Assembly (NCBI GenBank): GCA_965248535.1
Contig: CBDFJR010000002.1
Span: 704,001-768,000, forward strand
DNA: 64,000 nt
From: Phormidesmis sp.
GTDB lineage: Bacteria; Cyanobacteriota; Cyanobacteriia; Leptolyngbyales; Leptolyngbyaceae
Direction of reading: 5' to 3'
A program made the position numbers and the translations under genes. Shown piece by piece: positions 40,155 through 50,727 of this stretch (the first letter of the stretch is position 1; every line of letters starts with the position of its first letter). Below the pieces are notes generated by a model. That model ran no database searches and was not told the DNA's origin. It worked only from the letters and a program-made list of their open reading frames with translations.

Positions 40155-40318
40155 CTTGACGCGGGGTCGGCCTTTTTGGAGTTGTTTAGTCCACGATCGT
40201 GAGCAGATCAGAGAGTAGAGAAACAACTTCTTAAAGCTTATGTAATTTTACGGTAGAACATTATTTTGCTACCGTGAACTTCGATCGCAAAAATCAGTAG
40301 TGTGGGATCTTCTCATCT

Positions 40319-43300
40319 TTGATGAATACAAGAACTAGAGTTTTCCAGTCTTGTAGGAGTCTTATGACCATTTCATCCACCTCTCCTGACTTGCTCAGAA
40401 GCCCGCTGCAAGTTTCTGCTGATCTACAGCAGCTAGATCAAAAAAGCGCCTCACCGTCTTTCACAACGCCGCCGTTTCTCTCTCAAACTCCTCGATCTGC
40501 AACGTCGCTGCTGTTTGTCGATCGGGGGGTTGATCATTACCAAGATTTAATTGCCGAGGTCAATCCTGACACAGAGGTGCATCTACTCGATTCAACGCAA
40601 GATGCTATTTCGCAAATCACCCAGACGCTGATCGGGCGCACGGGCGTTTCTAGCCTGCATATTCTCTCTCACGGGGCCGCAGGGCGCTTAGAGCTTGGCA
40701 CTCATTGGGTCGATCGCGGCGCTCTAGAGAATCATGGGGCTGAGGTCAAGTCTTGGAGCCTTGCTCTGACTGAGAATGCCGATATTTTGCTCTATGGCTG
40801 CGAGGTTGCCGACGGTGAAAGCGGCAGTGCCTTTGTACGATCGCTGAGTCAATTGACCGGGGCAGATGTTGCCGCCTCTAACAATTTGACGGGTAGCGCT
40901 GCGCTGGGTGGAGACTGGACTCTAGAGATCGCCACCGGAGGGATTGAATCGGCGATCGCGTTCCAGCCAGAGGTCATTGACTATCGCGGTGTGTTGGCTC
41001 CCGTCGTGACCCTGCCGAGTGAGTCTATTACCTACACCGAAAATGGAGTAGCGATCGCCGTGGGCGCTGGGGCAACGGTGACGGCCCCTGACAATTTTAA
41101 TGGGGGCAGTCTCACGGTGGGTCTAAGTGCGACGGTTAACTCTGATCGCACTGCCGATCGGCTCTCGATTCAAGCTGGGGGACTGATTAGTGTCGATGGA
41201 AAATCGATTCAGTATAGCGGGGTCACGATCGGAGAGTTCACGGGTGGTTATGGCGCTGAAAATTTAGTCGTTCAATTTACCAATCCGGCTGCTAGCGCGA
41301 TCGCAGTGCAGGCATTGCTGCAAACTATTACTTATAGAGACGCATCAGATAATATTCCGGCAACAGATACCCGCACGTTATCGATCACGCTGAATGATGG
41401 TATTGACAACAGTCAAACAGTCACTAAAACCATTAATTTAATAGGCGTTAATGACGCACCCGTTATTAATACTCTTTTATCGCTAGACAAAGATACTGGA
41501 TTGCCCAAAAACGGCACCTGGCTGGCTTATCAAGATTCTACTAGCGTGGCAGGTGGCACTGCAACCGTGACGGCGGGCGCTAACGGACTGACGCTTAATA
41601 GTGACGGAACGGCCTATGCAGGGTTTAGCAACTATGCCGTTAATTATTCGCTCAACCCGCTCAACCCCAGCATCACAATCAGTCTGCGAAATCCTAACTT
41701 TCCGGTGCTCGATCGCAGCAAAGGCTTTCTCTTAAGTTTTTCTGCTCAATTAAATAGTGAAACTTCTGGTTTGGTCGATCGCAATTTGGATGGTAAAACT
41801 GACCGATCGGGCTTTAGCGTTGTCCTTCTCAGCAACGACCTAAAAGGCATTGAACTGGGCTTTCGGAGCGATCGGATCTTTGCCCAAGAAGATGGCACAA
41901 CTCAGATCAATCCTGCCCTAGAGCCAGACGGCACTCAGGCAAACAAAACCCGCACCCTCTTCACTCAAGGAGAATTCACGACCCGTGTCACGACTACTTC
42001 GCCCACCCATTACAGCCTAGGAATTTTGGGAGATCTCTACACGCTTTATAGTGGTGGAGTGGCGATCTTGAGCGGTCAGTTGCGCGACTATAGCGCCTTT
42101 CAGCCTCAGACCATCACAGCAAATGTTCCCATTATTGGTGCGGTCAGTGTCGTTCCGCCTAGCCCTTATCGGCAAAAGAATCTGATCTTTTTGGGTGACA
42201 ACACCTCGTCAGCCGGGGCAAGTGTCACCTTATCTGGCATTGACATCGTGACTAATACGGCGCTGCCAACGCTGACTGTTAAACAAAATGCAGCGATCGT
42301 GATTCCCAATCTGCAAATTAATGACTTTGATGGGGGCACGAATGCTTTAACCGTGACTCTGACGGCTCTGAATGGAAGAATCACCGTCAAGAATAACTTA
42401 ATCAATGGCGTGACTGACATAGCAGGAAACGGTACTAACATCGTCAAGGTTAAAGGCACGGTTAGCCAAATTAATACCACTCTACTTAATTCAGGATTGA
42501 GCTATAAGAGCAACGTTACGTTTAGTGGCACTGATACGATCACAATTAATGCTGATGATGGCGCACCTGCAACTCCTTCTAAAACGCTGACGATGACGGT
42601 GACTCCTGATCCTACGGTGGCTCAGAGACACGATATCCTCTGGCACAATAATCAGTCTGGTGAGACGGCGATCTGGCAAATCAATGGCTTAAGTTTTACG
42701 GCTCCGGTGAGTCTGGCGACAGGGCCCGATCTGAGTTGGAAAATTGCCGCAACTGGAGACTTTGATCGCAATGGCACCACTGATCTGTTGTGGTTCAACG
42801 ATCGTAGTGGTGAAGTCGCTTTCTGGAAGATGAACGGCACCACCCTAGAAAAAGTGGTTTCTGTCGCAACAGTCGGTCTGGAATGGAAGATTCAAAGCAC
42901 GGGCGACTTTGATGGCGATGGTAAACTCGACGTTCTGTGGCGTAATTTTAATACCGGAGAGATCGCGTTTTGGAAAATGGACGATATGAGGCTCGATCAA
43001 GGAGTCTTTTTATCGCCGATCGTCAAAGATACCCAATGGCAGATTCAGGGCACGGGCGATTTTGATGGCGATGGCAAGCTCGATATTCTCTGGCGCAACT
43101 TTGGCACAAGTGGAGAAATTGGCTTCTGGAAGCTGAACGGGATGAGTTTTCAGTCGGCTACCATTTTGGCACCCGTGGTGCGCGATGCGTCGTGGGAGAT
43201 TAGCGGCATTGGCGATTTTGATGGCGATGGCAAGCTCGATATTCTCTGGCACAACCGTCAAACGGGTGATAATGCTTTCTGGAAGCTGAATCGGATGAGC

Positions 43301-43534
43301 TTTGATCAGGCGATCTTTACCTTAAAAACGGTTGGGTGGCAGATCGAGGGCACCTCAGACTTTGATGGCGATGGCAAACTCGATATTCTCTGGCGCAACC
43401 TTGGGAGCGGTGAGATCGCCCTGTGGAAGATGGACGGTATGACGTTGAAACAGGGGATTGTGCTGTCGCCCAATGTTAAAGACCCGGCTTGGACGATCGA
43501 GGGGATCGATCGTTTTGATCAAGTGATTTGGTAA
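40319..43534 (+). CDS. Large surface protein: DUF4347, cadherin-like, choice-of-anchor-Y-like and FG-GAP/VCBS repeat domains
   Basis: LHILSHG, ILLYGC and GADVAAS (DUF4347); GVNDAP; GFSVVLLS..GIELGF..IFAQ; repeated GDFDGDGKLDILWRN. Start may be ATG 40364. Confidence 0.85.
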   Translation: MMNTRTRVFQSCRSLMTISSTSPDLLRSPLQVSADLQQLDQKSASPSFTTPPFLSQTPRSATSLLFVDRGVDHYQDLIAEVNPDTEVHLLDSTQDAISQITQTLIGRTGVSSLHILSHGAAGRLELGTHWVDRGALENHGAEVKSWSLALTENADILLYGCEVADGESGSAFVRSLSQLTGADVAASNNLTGSAALGGDWTLEIATGGIESAIAFQPEVIDYRGVLAPVVTLPSESITYTENGVAIAVGAGATVTAPDNFNGGSLTVGLSATVNSDRTADRLSIQAGGLISVDGKSIQYSGVTIGEFTGGYGAENLVVQFTNPAASAIAVQALLQTITYRDASDNIPATDTRTLSITLNDGIDNSQTVTKTINLIGVNDAPVINTLLSLDKDTGLPKNGTWLAYQDSTSVAGGTATVTAGANGLTLNSDGTAYAGFSNYAVNYSLNPLNPSITISLRNPNFPVLDRSKGFLLSFSAQLNSETSGLVDRNLDGKTDRSGFSVVLLSNDLKGIELGFRSDRIFAQEDGTTQINPALEPDGTQANKTRTLFTQGEFTTRVTTTSPTHYSLGILGDLYTLYSGGVAILSGQLRDYSAFQPQTITANVPIIGAVSVVPPSPYRQKNLIFLGDNTSSAGASVTLSGIDIVTNTALPTLTVKQNAAIVIPNLQINDFDGGTNALTVTLTALNGRITVKNNLINGVTDIAGNGTNIVKVKGTVSQINTTLLNSGLSYKSNVTFSGTDTITINADDGAPATPSKTLTMTVTPDPTVAQRHDILWHNNQSGETAIWQINGLSFTAPVSLATGPDLSWKIAATGDFDRNGTTDLLWFNDRSGEVAFWKMNGTTLEKVVSVATVGLEWKIQSTGDFDGDGKLDVLWRNFNTGEIAFWKMDDMRLDQGVFLSPIVKDTQWQIQGTGDFDGDGKLDILWRNFGTSGEIGFWKLNGMSFQSATILAPVVRDASWEISGIGDFDGDGKLDILWHNRQTGDNAFWKLNRMSFDQAIFTLKTVGWQIEGTSDFDGDGKLDILWRNLGSGEIALWKMDGMTLKQGIVLSPNVKDPAWTIEGIDRFDQVIW

Positions 43535-43782
43535 ACTTGGAAAACAAAACTCGGAGGGTTTTAATCTGGCGATCGCTCTTGGGAGAGAGCCATCCCGATG
43601 TGGCAACCAGCCTCAACAATTTGGCAGTGCTTTACGCCAACCAAGGACGATTGACCGAGGCAGAACCCCTGTTGATGCAGGCGCTAGAACGATTTCAGCA
43701 AACTTTAGGAAATCAGCATCCCGATACGGTAGGAACGCAGCAGAGTGTGGTGTATTTGCGGCAAATGATTCAGGATGTTTAG
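43528..43782 (+). pseudogene. Fragment of a kinesin-light-chain-type TPR protein
   Basis: LGESHPDVATSLNNLAVLY and LGNQHPDT: only the last ~1.5 repeats, with no convincing start. Confidence 0.6.
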
Positions 43783-43789
43783 CAGAGCC

Positions 43790-43910
43790 GACCTTTGAGC
43801 TTAAAACTTCGACCTCTAACCTCGGAAGTTTGACTTCTGACCTCAAAACTTTGAGCTTTGAACACGAAACTTCGACCTTTGAGCACGAAACTTCGACCTT
43901 TGAGCACGAA
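43790..43910 (+). repeat. 21-bp tandem repeat, about 6 degenerate copies (AAACTTCGACCTTTGAGCACG)
   Basis: Two exact copies at the right end, with more diverged copies to the left. Confidence 0.85.
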
Positions 43911-43961
43911 CGAACACGCCGTGAAGCAAAGCCATCGTGTTCTGAACCATTAAGCCGATCT

Positions 43962-44744
43962 CTAATCGTGAAGCAACGTCTCGATCGTGTCCCCCACTTG
44001 CAAACGTTTACCGACTTCAGACGGGGCAATGCGAGTGTTGACGGCGAGACGATAGAAGTGGTTAAAGCGCGAAACGGGGGCCCAAGCTGGCAATTCTGCT
44101 TTGCGATTGGCGACAAACGTTTTTTGAAACTGAGCCGTCTTTACTCCCGATCGGGCATCACGAGTCGGCACCAGACAGCGCTGACAGGGGTTGATTCCTG
44201 CAATCTGCACGTCACCTAGCTGAAACTCAACGGGCTGATCGTCAGAATATAAGCGATCTTCCCAAAAAGCAGGCACGTCTGCAATTTCTAAATTAGTCCG
44301 AAAGCGGTTTCGCACCCCCTCTACTGAGAGGTCAGGAAACCACGAAGCAACCTGCTCGATCGAGGCAGCACTGACGATCGTCGGCCCCGGTGAATCTGGA
44401 TCGTCAGGAAACCCAGTGACTAGATTTTGCTGAAGCTCAACCGCAAACCCAAAAAAATCACTCAACCAAGCCCCGATCGCCGATCGCCCATGATCTAAAT
44501 GAAAGCTCACCGGATTCTCACCCTGAACTGAAAGCGTCACCACTCTAGCGCTGAGATGAAACTGCGATCGTAGGTGATGAATCGCTGCGGTGCGTTTGCC
44601 GTTCACCCATTCTCCCTGGCGATCGACGATGGCAAATTCCCGATCGTGGGCCAAAGATCCGCCGGGCAAAATTTTGGTCTGCGTCACCGAAACGCCATCT
44701 AGAGATTTAATTGGGTAAACAAAAATCTGGCTCAAGCGAGGCAT
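43962..44744 (-). CDS. MOSC domain protein
   Basis: IFVYPIKS, DREFA, RFRTNL and PCQRC motifs. Start moved to ATG 44744. Confidence 0.9.
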   Translation of the reverse strand: MPRLSQIFVYPIKSLDGVSVTQTKILPGGSLAHDREFAIVDRQGEWVNGKRTAAIHHLRSQFHLSARVVTLSVQGENPVSFHLDHGRSAIGAWLSDFFGFAVELQQNLVTGFPDDPDSPGPTIVSAASIEQVASWFPDLSVEGVRNRFRTNLEIADVPAFWEDRLYSDDQPVEFQLGDVQIAGINPCQRCLVPTRDARSGVKTAQFQKTFVANRKAELPAWAPVSRFNHFYRLAVNTRIAPSEVGKRLQVGDTIETLLHD

Positions 44745-44833
44745 AGGGCGAGTGACTACTGAAGTGGGGTTGATTTTTGCCTGAGAATCGTAGCGTTCAG
44801 GAGTCCCGATCGCCGCGATTCTCCTAAACGCTT

Positions 44834-45883
44834 TTAGGCGGTTCTCGGCTTTTTGAGTTGGCGAGAAAGCACTTGAGATTTTAGACCGACCACGATCGCT
44901 TCGATCAATCGGGCCATGCCCGTCGTGTTGACATAAGTCGGAGTTTTGCCGCACTGCTTGGTGGCTTTGACAATCCCTTCAGTGTGTCGGTGCGAGGCAT
45001 ACCCCGTCAGCACTATGACTAGATCGGCATCCAAAATTTGCTGTTCTGCCTGGGCCCAAATCTGAGGGCCGGTTTGTGTAGTTGCCCAAATCAGTTCAAT
45101 ACCAGAGCCACGAAACCGATTGCGAATCGCAGTTTCGAGGCGATCGTGCCCACCCACAATCACCACTTTGCCGTCAAGGTCAGAATAGCTTTCGGGGCGG
45201 CTAGACGATTGAGTGCGCCGGGGCGTAAAAGACGTGGTTCGCCCTTCAAAGTTGAGTCGATTTCGCTGCGCCTGGTCTGCAATAAAGGTGAGGGTTTGTT
45301 CATAAGTGCCCCGCAGTCGGGCCGTGGGGAGCGCATTTTCACTGGCTTTACGATCGTAAGCATTGATCTGCGCCATCAGCGCATCTACGACTTCTGTTAA
45401 TGCACCAATGGCTTTGAGATCTTCGATAAAGCCTTTAATCGCAATAGCGGTATCGGTCGCATTGTAGAAATCAGTCTGGTCGTGAATCAGATCGAGTAAG
45501 TCAGCTTTTAATTGGGTTCGCCACCGAGTTAGGGCTTGCGTTTCTTGCTGAGAAATCAGTTGCTCTTCTTGGCGCAAAAATTCTGCGTCTACGAGCTTTT
45601 CGGCGTTGAGTTCTACGTCTTGAAGCTGTTGACGAAGGTTATCTGCCTGCTGCTCTAGCTTTTTGCGGTTTAGGCTGTCACTGATTTGATTGGTCTCATA
45701 ATCAGCGATTAAAGATTCTATTTGGGCCAGCAGGGGGGTGAGGCGACCAGTCAGCGCGTCTGCGGCTTCCTGAATCTTGCTATCGCGCTCTTTCTGAATT
45801 TGGTGTTCTTTGAGTTCTACTTGTCCGTTTTCTAAAAGTGATTGCGTTAACTGCTCAATTTCGTCAAGGTCTGAGAAATTCAT
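44834..45883 (-). CDS. Coiled-coil protein with C-terminal DUF2325 domain
   Basis: KVVIVGGH...ADLVIVLTGYASH...TTG pattern after a long helical N-terminus. Confidence 0.7.
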   Translation of the reverse strand: MNFSDLDEIEQLTQSLLENGQVELKEHQIQKERDSKIQEAADALTGRLTPLLAQIESLIADYETNQISDSLNRKKLEQQADNLRQQLQDVELNAEKLVDAEFLRQEEQLISQQETQALTRWRTQLKADLLDLIHDQTDFYNATDTAIAIKGFIEDLKAIGALTEVVDALMAQINAYDRKASENALPTARLRGTYEQTLTFIADQAQRNRLNFEGRTTSFTPRRTQSSSRPESYSDLDGKVVIVGGHDRLETAIRNRFRGSGIELIWATTQTGPQIWAQAEQQILDADLVIVLTGYASHRHTEGIVKATKQCGKTPTYVNTTGMARLIEAIVVGLKSQVLSRQLKKPRTA

Positions 45884-46022
45884 AAATCACCGCTCATCCA
45901 AAAGGGTGACTTTATTTTACTAGATCGCCTCACGTCACCCCTTCAAAATGTCGATCGTTTCTGCCCGATCAAGGCAGTTGAGGGGCAAAACCTGAAACCA
46001 AGATGCACCTAATCTAGACCAA

Positions 46023-46107
46023 CGGAGAGGGGGGGATTCGAACCCCCGTTGAGTTGCCCCAAAGCGCATTTCGAGTGCGCCGCATTCAACCGCTCTGCCA
46101 CCTCTCC
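46023..46107 (-). tRNA. tRNA-Ser(CGA)
   Basis: GGAGAGGTGGCAGAGCGG...GCGCA-CT-CGA-AA-TGCGC, long variable arm, GGTTCGAATCC; CCA not encoded. Confidence 0.97.
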
Positions 46108-46141
46108 AAGAGAGCTGATAACTCTCCGATTACCCATAATA

Positions 46142-48412
46142 CTATATGGATCGAGCATTGCTCTCAGAAGATTCTGAAGTCTTTTCAAACCCGGTTGCCG
46201 GAGTCCAGCGGATGGCTCCATCTTGCCCCAGAGCGAAGATCTGAGTTCCCCGATGCTGAAGTTGAGCCAGCGTCTCAGGATCGACTCGGTTTGAGTAAGC
46301 GATCGCCACAGTTGGTTTGAGCCGATCGAGCAGAAACGGCTGAAGCGCCTTCCCAGACCACCAAAGCACCTGATTATTGTTTAACGCTGGATTTGACAAC
46401 AGATCGGTTTGCTGATTTTTTGGGCTATCTTTGAGCCAAAGCCAGTTTTGGGCACCGACTTGAAACCGCACTATCTCAGGCTCTCTGCTGATTAGCTGCA
46501 CCGACGTTGAGTGCAGTTGCATTGACTGCCCGACTTCAAACGGCAGATAGCGCCCTTGGTGAGCCTGAACAGTTTGGGCGATCGTGGCCGTTTCGGCCGC
46601 CGTTAAACTCGCCAGTTGATAAAAAGATTTGGCGGGAGTTTGAGTCAGCAGGGCTGACCACCCAGCGCTGGTGGTGGGGGTCGCAAGGGTGGCGATCGCC
46701 CAGTCTAATTGATTAACGCCTTCTTTTTGCAAAAATGGCAACACCGTTGAACTAGCCGTTGATTCATCGCCACTGTTGACTAAGGCCGTTCGTCCATGAT
46801 CTTGAATCACCAGGATTGGATCGCGCAGCGTTGCGAGTAGTGTGATTTGAAGTGAGTTTGTTTTGAGATACCAGGCAGGCCCAAAGACTAAACTGATGGC
46901 GATGATTCCCAGCAGCCATGAATGAGGCTGCACGCTGGGTCGCAGCCAGGGCAAGCAAATCAACGCATATAAGATCACAGCCGAGAATGCTGAAATGGTG
47001 CCAACAGCGATCGAGTTACCAGGCAAATTGCAAAAGAAATCAATAATAATCAGCATTCCATAGGTCGGGTAATGCAGTAGCCAAGCGGATGCACTGCCCG
47101 TGATCGGCACGATCAACGCCAGCAGAGCGCTGACCACTCCTCCCAGACTAATCACAGAGATTAAAGGAGTCACGATCACATTAACGAGAATGCTGTAGGG
47201 AGAGAGAACGCCAAAGGCATATAGCTGGAGGGGTAATGTCCAAATATACGCCGCGATCGGGACGGCGATCACAGACGTAACCATAGTAGGCAGCCAGTCT
47301 AGCCACTTCACTAAGGGCGGGGCGGTGACTTGCAAGCCCATCGTTGCCAAAAAACTTAATTGAAATCCCAAATCCCAAATCCACATCGGGTTAATGATTA
47401 GAAGAATGATTGCTGCGAGTAACAGTCCTCCTAACGGTTTAACGCTGCGCTTCATTAACAGTCCTACTAACAAACCCATGCCCATAATCACCGCTCTTAA
47501 AACGGATGGCTCTAGGCCCGTTAACCCCAAAAATATCAGCAGGGCTGCCGCTCCGATCCCAGCCTGTAGGCGAGTTGAGCAATGCTTCATCAATGCTAAT
47601 ACCACACTCAAAATAAGCGATACTTGAAACCCTGACGCTGCCAGGGCATGAGACAGTCCAATCCGGGTGAATTGATCTTTGATATCAAAGGGCAGATCAA
47701 CGACTCGACTGCCTAACACCATTGAGCTAACGAGTTGCCCTTCTGGGCTGCCGAGCCAGTCGATCTGCGATCGGATAATTTTTTGGCGAATCATCCACCA
47801 GCCCCATGCCCGATCGCTGGGATGCAATATCTCGATCGTTTGTCCTCGCAGTCCTGCAAAACAGCCGTCTTGTGCCAAATAATCCTGAAAGTTAAATCCC
47901 CCTGGATTGGTCGCAGGTTTCGGTTTGTAGAGAATGCCCGCGATCGCGATCTCTTGACCGGGGGTGACTCCCGTGGCTTGCAGCAAAGGCACCGTGACAT
48001 AGAGCTTTCCGCGCACTTGGTCGGGCTGTAGGGTATCAGATCGAGTCGCTCCATCCACGCGACTGACAGACAGCCAAAGCTGTGATTTCCCACTGCGGTT
48101 GAGCCGAGGCAGTTCCATCACCTGTCCCGAAACGGTGACTTGTTGCAGTTGATTTGTGTTGGCTAATAGTCGGCTGATGTCGGTCACGCCGGGATGGGGC
48201 ACTCGCAGTTGAAAATATAAACTCGCGACTAAACCGACGACTCCTGCCCCGATCCAAATTCTAGAGCTAAACCGACCTTTCCAGAGTTTAGGTAGAGCGA
48301 TCGAGGCTCCACAACCCAGCCCCAAAACGACAAGTCCGCCCCAAACCACTCCGGTTGAGAGCAGCCCCAAAATATAAGCCAAGCTTAAGATCACGCCGCT
48401 GGTCAGATTCAC
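46142..48412 (-). CDS. comEC: ComEC/Rec2 competence channel
   Basis: NPGGFNF, GLSHALAASGFQV, SVLRA and GFQLSFLAT motifs. GTG 48412 is the likely start. Confidence 0.93.
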   Translation of the reverse strand: MNLTSGVILSLAYILGLLSTGVVWGGLVVLGLGCGASIALPKLWKGRFSSRIWIGAGVVGLVASLYFQLRVPHPGVTDISRLLANTNQLQQVTVSGQVMELPRLNRSGKSQLWLSVSRVDGATRSDTLQPDQVRGKLYVTVPLLQATGVTPGQEIAIAGILYKPKPATNPGGFNFQDYLAQDGCFAGLRGQTIEILHPSDRAWGWWMIRQKIIRSQIDWLGSPEGQLVSSMVLGSRVVDLPFDIKDQFTRIGLSHALAASGFQVSLILSVVLALMKHCSTRLQAGIGAAALLIFLGLTGLEPSVLRAVIMGMGLLVGLLMKRSVKPLGGLLLAAIILLIINPMWIWDLGFQLSFLATMGLQVTAPPLVKWLDWLPTMVTSVIAVPIAAYIWTLPLQLYAFGVLSPYSILVNVIVTPLISVISLGGVVSALLALIVPITGSASAWLLHYPTYGMLIIIDFFCNLPGNSIAVGTISAFSAVILYALICLPWLRPSVQPHSWLLGIIAISLVFGPAWYLKTNSLQITLLATLRDPILVIQDHGRTALVNSGDESTASSTVLPFLQKEGVNQLDWAIATLATPTTSAGWSALLTQTPAKSFYQLASLTAAETATIAQTVQAHQGRYLPFEVGQSMQLHSTSVQLISREPEIVRFQVGAQNWLWLKDSPKNQQTDLLSNPALNNNQVLWWSGKALQPFLLDRLKPTVAIAYSNRVDPETLAQLQHRGTQIFALGQDGAIRWTPATGFEKTSESSESNARSI

Positions 48413-48460
48413 GGTTACACCCATCTGCAAAGCTTCAGGGTGCCCATTCAACTCGCGATT

Positions 48461-48959
48461 CTAAATAGACAGACCCAGTTTTAACCCCAAAGCACCATGC
48501 AACAGAAGTAACCCGATCGCTGCCGTGCCCAGATAAGCGTGAACCATGCGGAATCCTGCCTTTCTCGCCGCCAAACCCGGAAGCGGCGATCGCGCCATTC
48601 AAAAACAGCAGCCCTAAAACCACATTCCCTGTCCAAAAATGCGGACTTTCTAGAATTGGTTTGTGCTGCATGACGAGGGACAACACGCCGCCTGTGTAGC
48701 CCAGTGTGATGAACAACGTCATTAACGGAGCAGCTTTTCTGTGATCAAGGCGATTTTTAATTGCAACTTCTTTGTCTGCTGCGAGTCTCCCCTGCCAGCC
48801 TGACCACGCGACATAGCTGCCCAGGATCAGCACCACAATGCCCATCATGGCTGGGTGCCCCCAATGCACGATCGGGGCTGGCACGCCCAACCCGCGAAAA
48901 AAAGCCGCGATCGGCTCTAGCGTCTCACTCAAATTCATTCTCGTGTGCTCCAAACTCAA
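48461..48959 (-). pseudogene. DUF4079-family membrane protein with one extra base at ~48560-48563
   Basis: WGHP, HRK and SPHFWTG motifs. Removing one base in GAG AAA G GCA restores AGFRMVHAYLG...LHGALGLKLGLSI with a stop at 48461. Confidence 0.8.
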
Positions 48960-49103
48960 GGGACAGATAGCGTTTTAGCAAATATTAAGAAAATATAACG
49001 TTCTTTCAGGCAAGTCAAATATATCGGACGCTACAAACCCTCAGCCCGATGGTCTTGATGATCCTGCGGCCTCTCAGTTGCAGTACGTTTTGTGTGGGAA
49101 TAT

Positions 49104-50204
49104 CTACGCGGCCCGGTTAATCTTAAACGTCACTTTGTATTTGTAGATCACGTATTTGCCTTTGTTATCCTCAGTCGGTTTCAAGGTGCCTTCTTTTTGA
49201 GCGATCGTGACTAATTTATTGACCTCGCTAGCCGCCAGATCATCCAAGATTCCATACCCTGTGTGCCCGGTGATCGTGAGTCCGCGAGTGACTAGAACAC
49301 CATCAGGAGCCACCAAAAGATTGATGTAGGCTGGCTCAGGTTTCTCAGATAAATTAAATGGCAAATTATAAGGAACGTCGGTTACTTCGATCGGTTTCTC
49401 AGCCAAACTCCCTTCAGGAACGCTGCGATCGGTGATATTTTTCTTAAACCACTCGCCATAGCTATTCAAGTTATTACCCGCCACTTCATTCGGGGTTGCA
49501 CCCGGAGATCGATAGGTAATTTTGTCTCGCAACCGCCGCATATCGTCTATCGCTTTTGCCCCAGGACGTGCTGTAGAGGGAGTAGCAGGCGGAGTCTGCG
49601 GAGTGATGGGCGATTTTGAAGGGTCGCCAGTAACGCCCGATTGAAGGTTGGCAATGCGCGGATCTGTCTGCCCGCTGGAGGGTGGGGGTGGCGTTGAGTT
49701 GGGGGATTGAGTGGGAGTCGGTTGTGCGGGCGATCGGGGAGCCGTCGATTCTGGAACAGGATTAAAGTTCTGGGGAATTTGATTCGGCTGAAAGAAAGTT
49801 GTGGGTCGAGAAGGACGGAAAGCAGGCGGATCAGGAGGCACGATCGGGCTTGAATAAGGCAAAATTGGATCTTGAAACTTATAGAGCGACGCATCTGGAG
49901 GAATCAGTGGATTGAGATCTTGCCCTAACGGAATTTTTACAGTGCTGTTCGGCGTTTTAGGAATCGGCGGCAACCCCACTTGCGAGGTGGCAGCTTGCGC
50001 TTGAGGCAGTGAATTGAGCAACCGCACCACTCGTTGGTTATCGGGCTTGGTCTCCTCAGTAGTAAACAGAGGCAGCCACAAAAAGAAAAATAAATGGGCC
50101 CCCACTGAGCCAATCACCGCCAGCGAAAACGGCTGACGCAAGGTATCCGGCAGGTTATGCAAAAACGCAGATAGGGCAGACTCAGAAGCGATCGGCTGAT
50201 TCAT
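49104..50204 (-). CDS. TonB-like protein (TM anchor, Pro-rich spacer, divergent TonB C-domain)
   Basis: SVGAH (S-x3-H) in the TM helix, a Pro-rich middle, and LLVAPDG...TGYGILDDLA. Confidence 0.6.
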   Translation of the reverse strand: MNQPIASESALSAFLHNLPDTLRQPFSLAVIGSVGAHLFFFLWLPLFTTEETKPDNQRVVRLLNSLPQAQAATSQVGLPPIPKTPNSTVKIPLGQDLNPLIPPDASLYKFQDPILPYSSPIVPPDPPAFRPSRPTTFFQPNQIPQNFNPVPESTAPRSPAQPTPTQSPNSTPPPPSSGQTDPRIANLQSGVTGDPSKSPITPQTPPATPSTARPGAKAIDDMRRLRDKITYRSPGATPNEVAGNNLNSYGEWFKKNITDRSVPEGSLAEKPIEVTDVPYNLPFNLSEKPEPAYINLLVAPDGVLVTRGLTITGHTGYGILDDLAASEVNKLVTIAQKEGTLKPTEDNKGKYVIYKYKVTFKINRAA

Positions 50205-50727
50205 GGCATTCGTCGAGCGACGGTTTTAGGATCTCTACCGCTCAAATCTTAGCGCTAGACTTCTCTATTAGGCGCTGCAATCTTAGGTTTTCTCTGTGAC
50301 TTTGAGGCCCAGAAAAAGTTTCAGCCGTTTCTCTAGGGTGATTTGAGTAAGCTGGCAGTGCGATCGAGATCACACAACCTTTATATAAGCAGCGTTAGAA
50401 CCCCCGCCCCTAGGGGCAATTTTAGTAAAGACGTGCTTGGTGGATTATCTTGAATCTGGTAACAACGGCTCTAGCGTCGATAGATCAGTGGGCGATCGGC
50501 TTCGCTCACCTCCGAAAGATCGGTTCAAATCTCAAGTTGAGGTGGGTGCAGATAAATCTTCGGCTGTTGCTGTTATCAGTGATCGCCAACCCGATCTTGG
50601 GCAAACTAATCACTATGTTGGCAATTGAGACTCTCACAATTCATCGCATCACGACGCAGCGCCCCATCCCGGTCAAAGACGAGGTGGCTGCGATCGTGAG
50701 TCTTTTCCGGCAGCAGGAGCGTGGTGC

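Noticed and set aside
43613..44219. ORFs 43613-44116 and 43830-44219, and a CRISPR reading of the 21-bp repeat
   Set aside because: The ORFs are translations of the tandem repeat or overlap the MOSC gene; the units are contiguous with no spacers.
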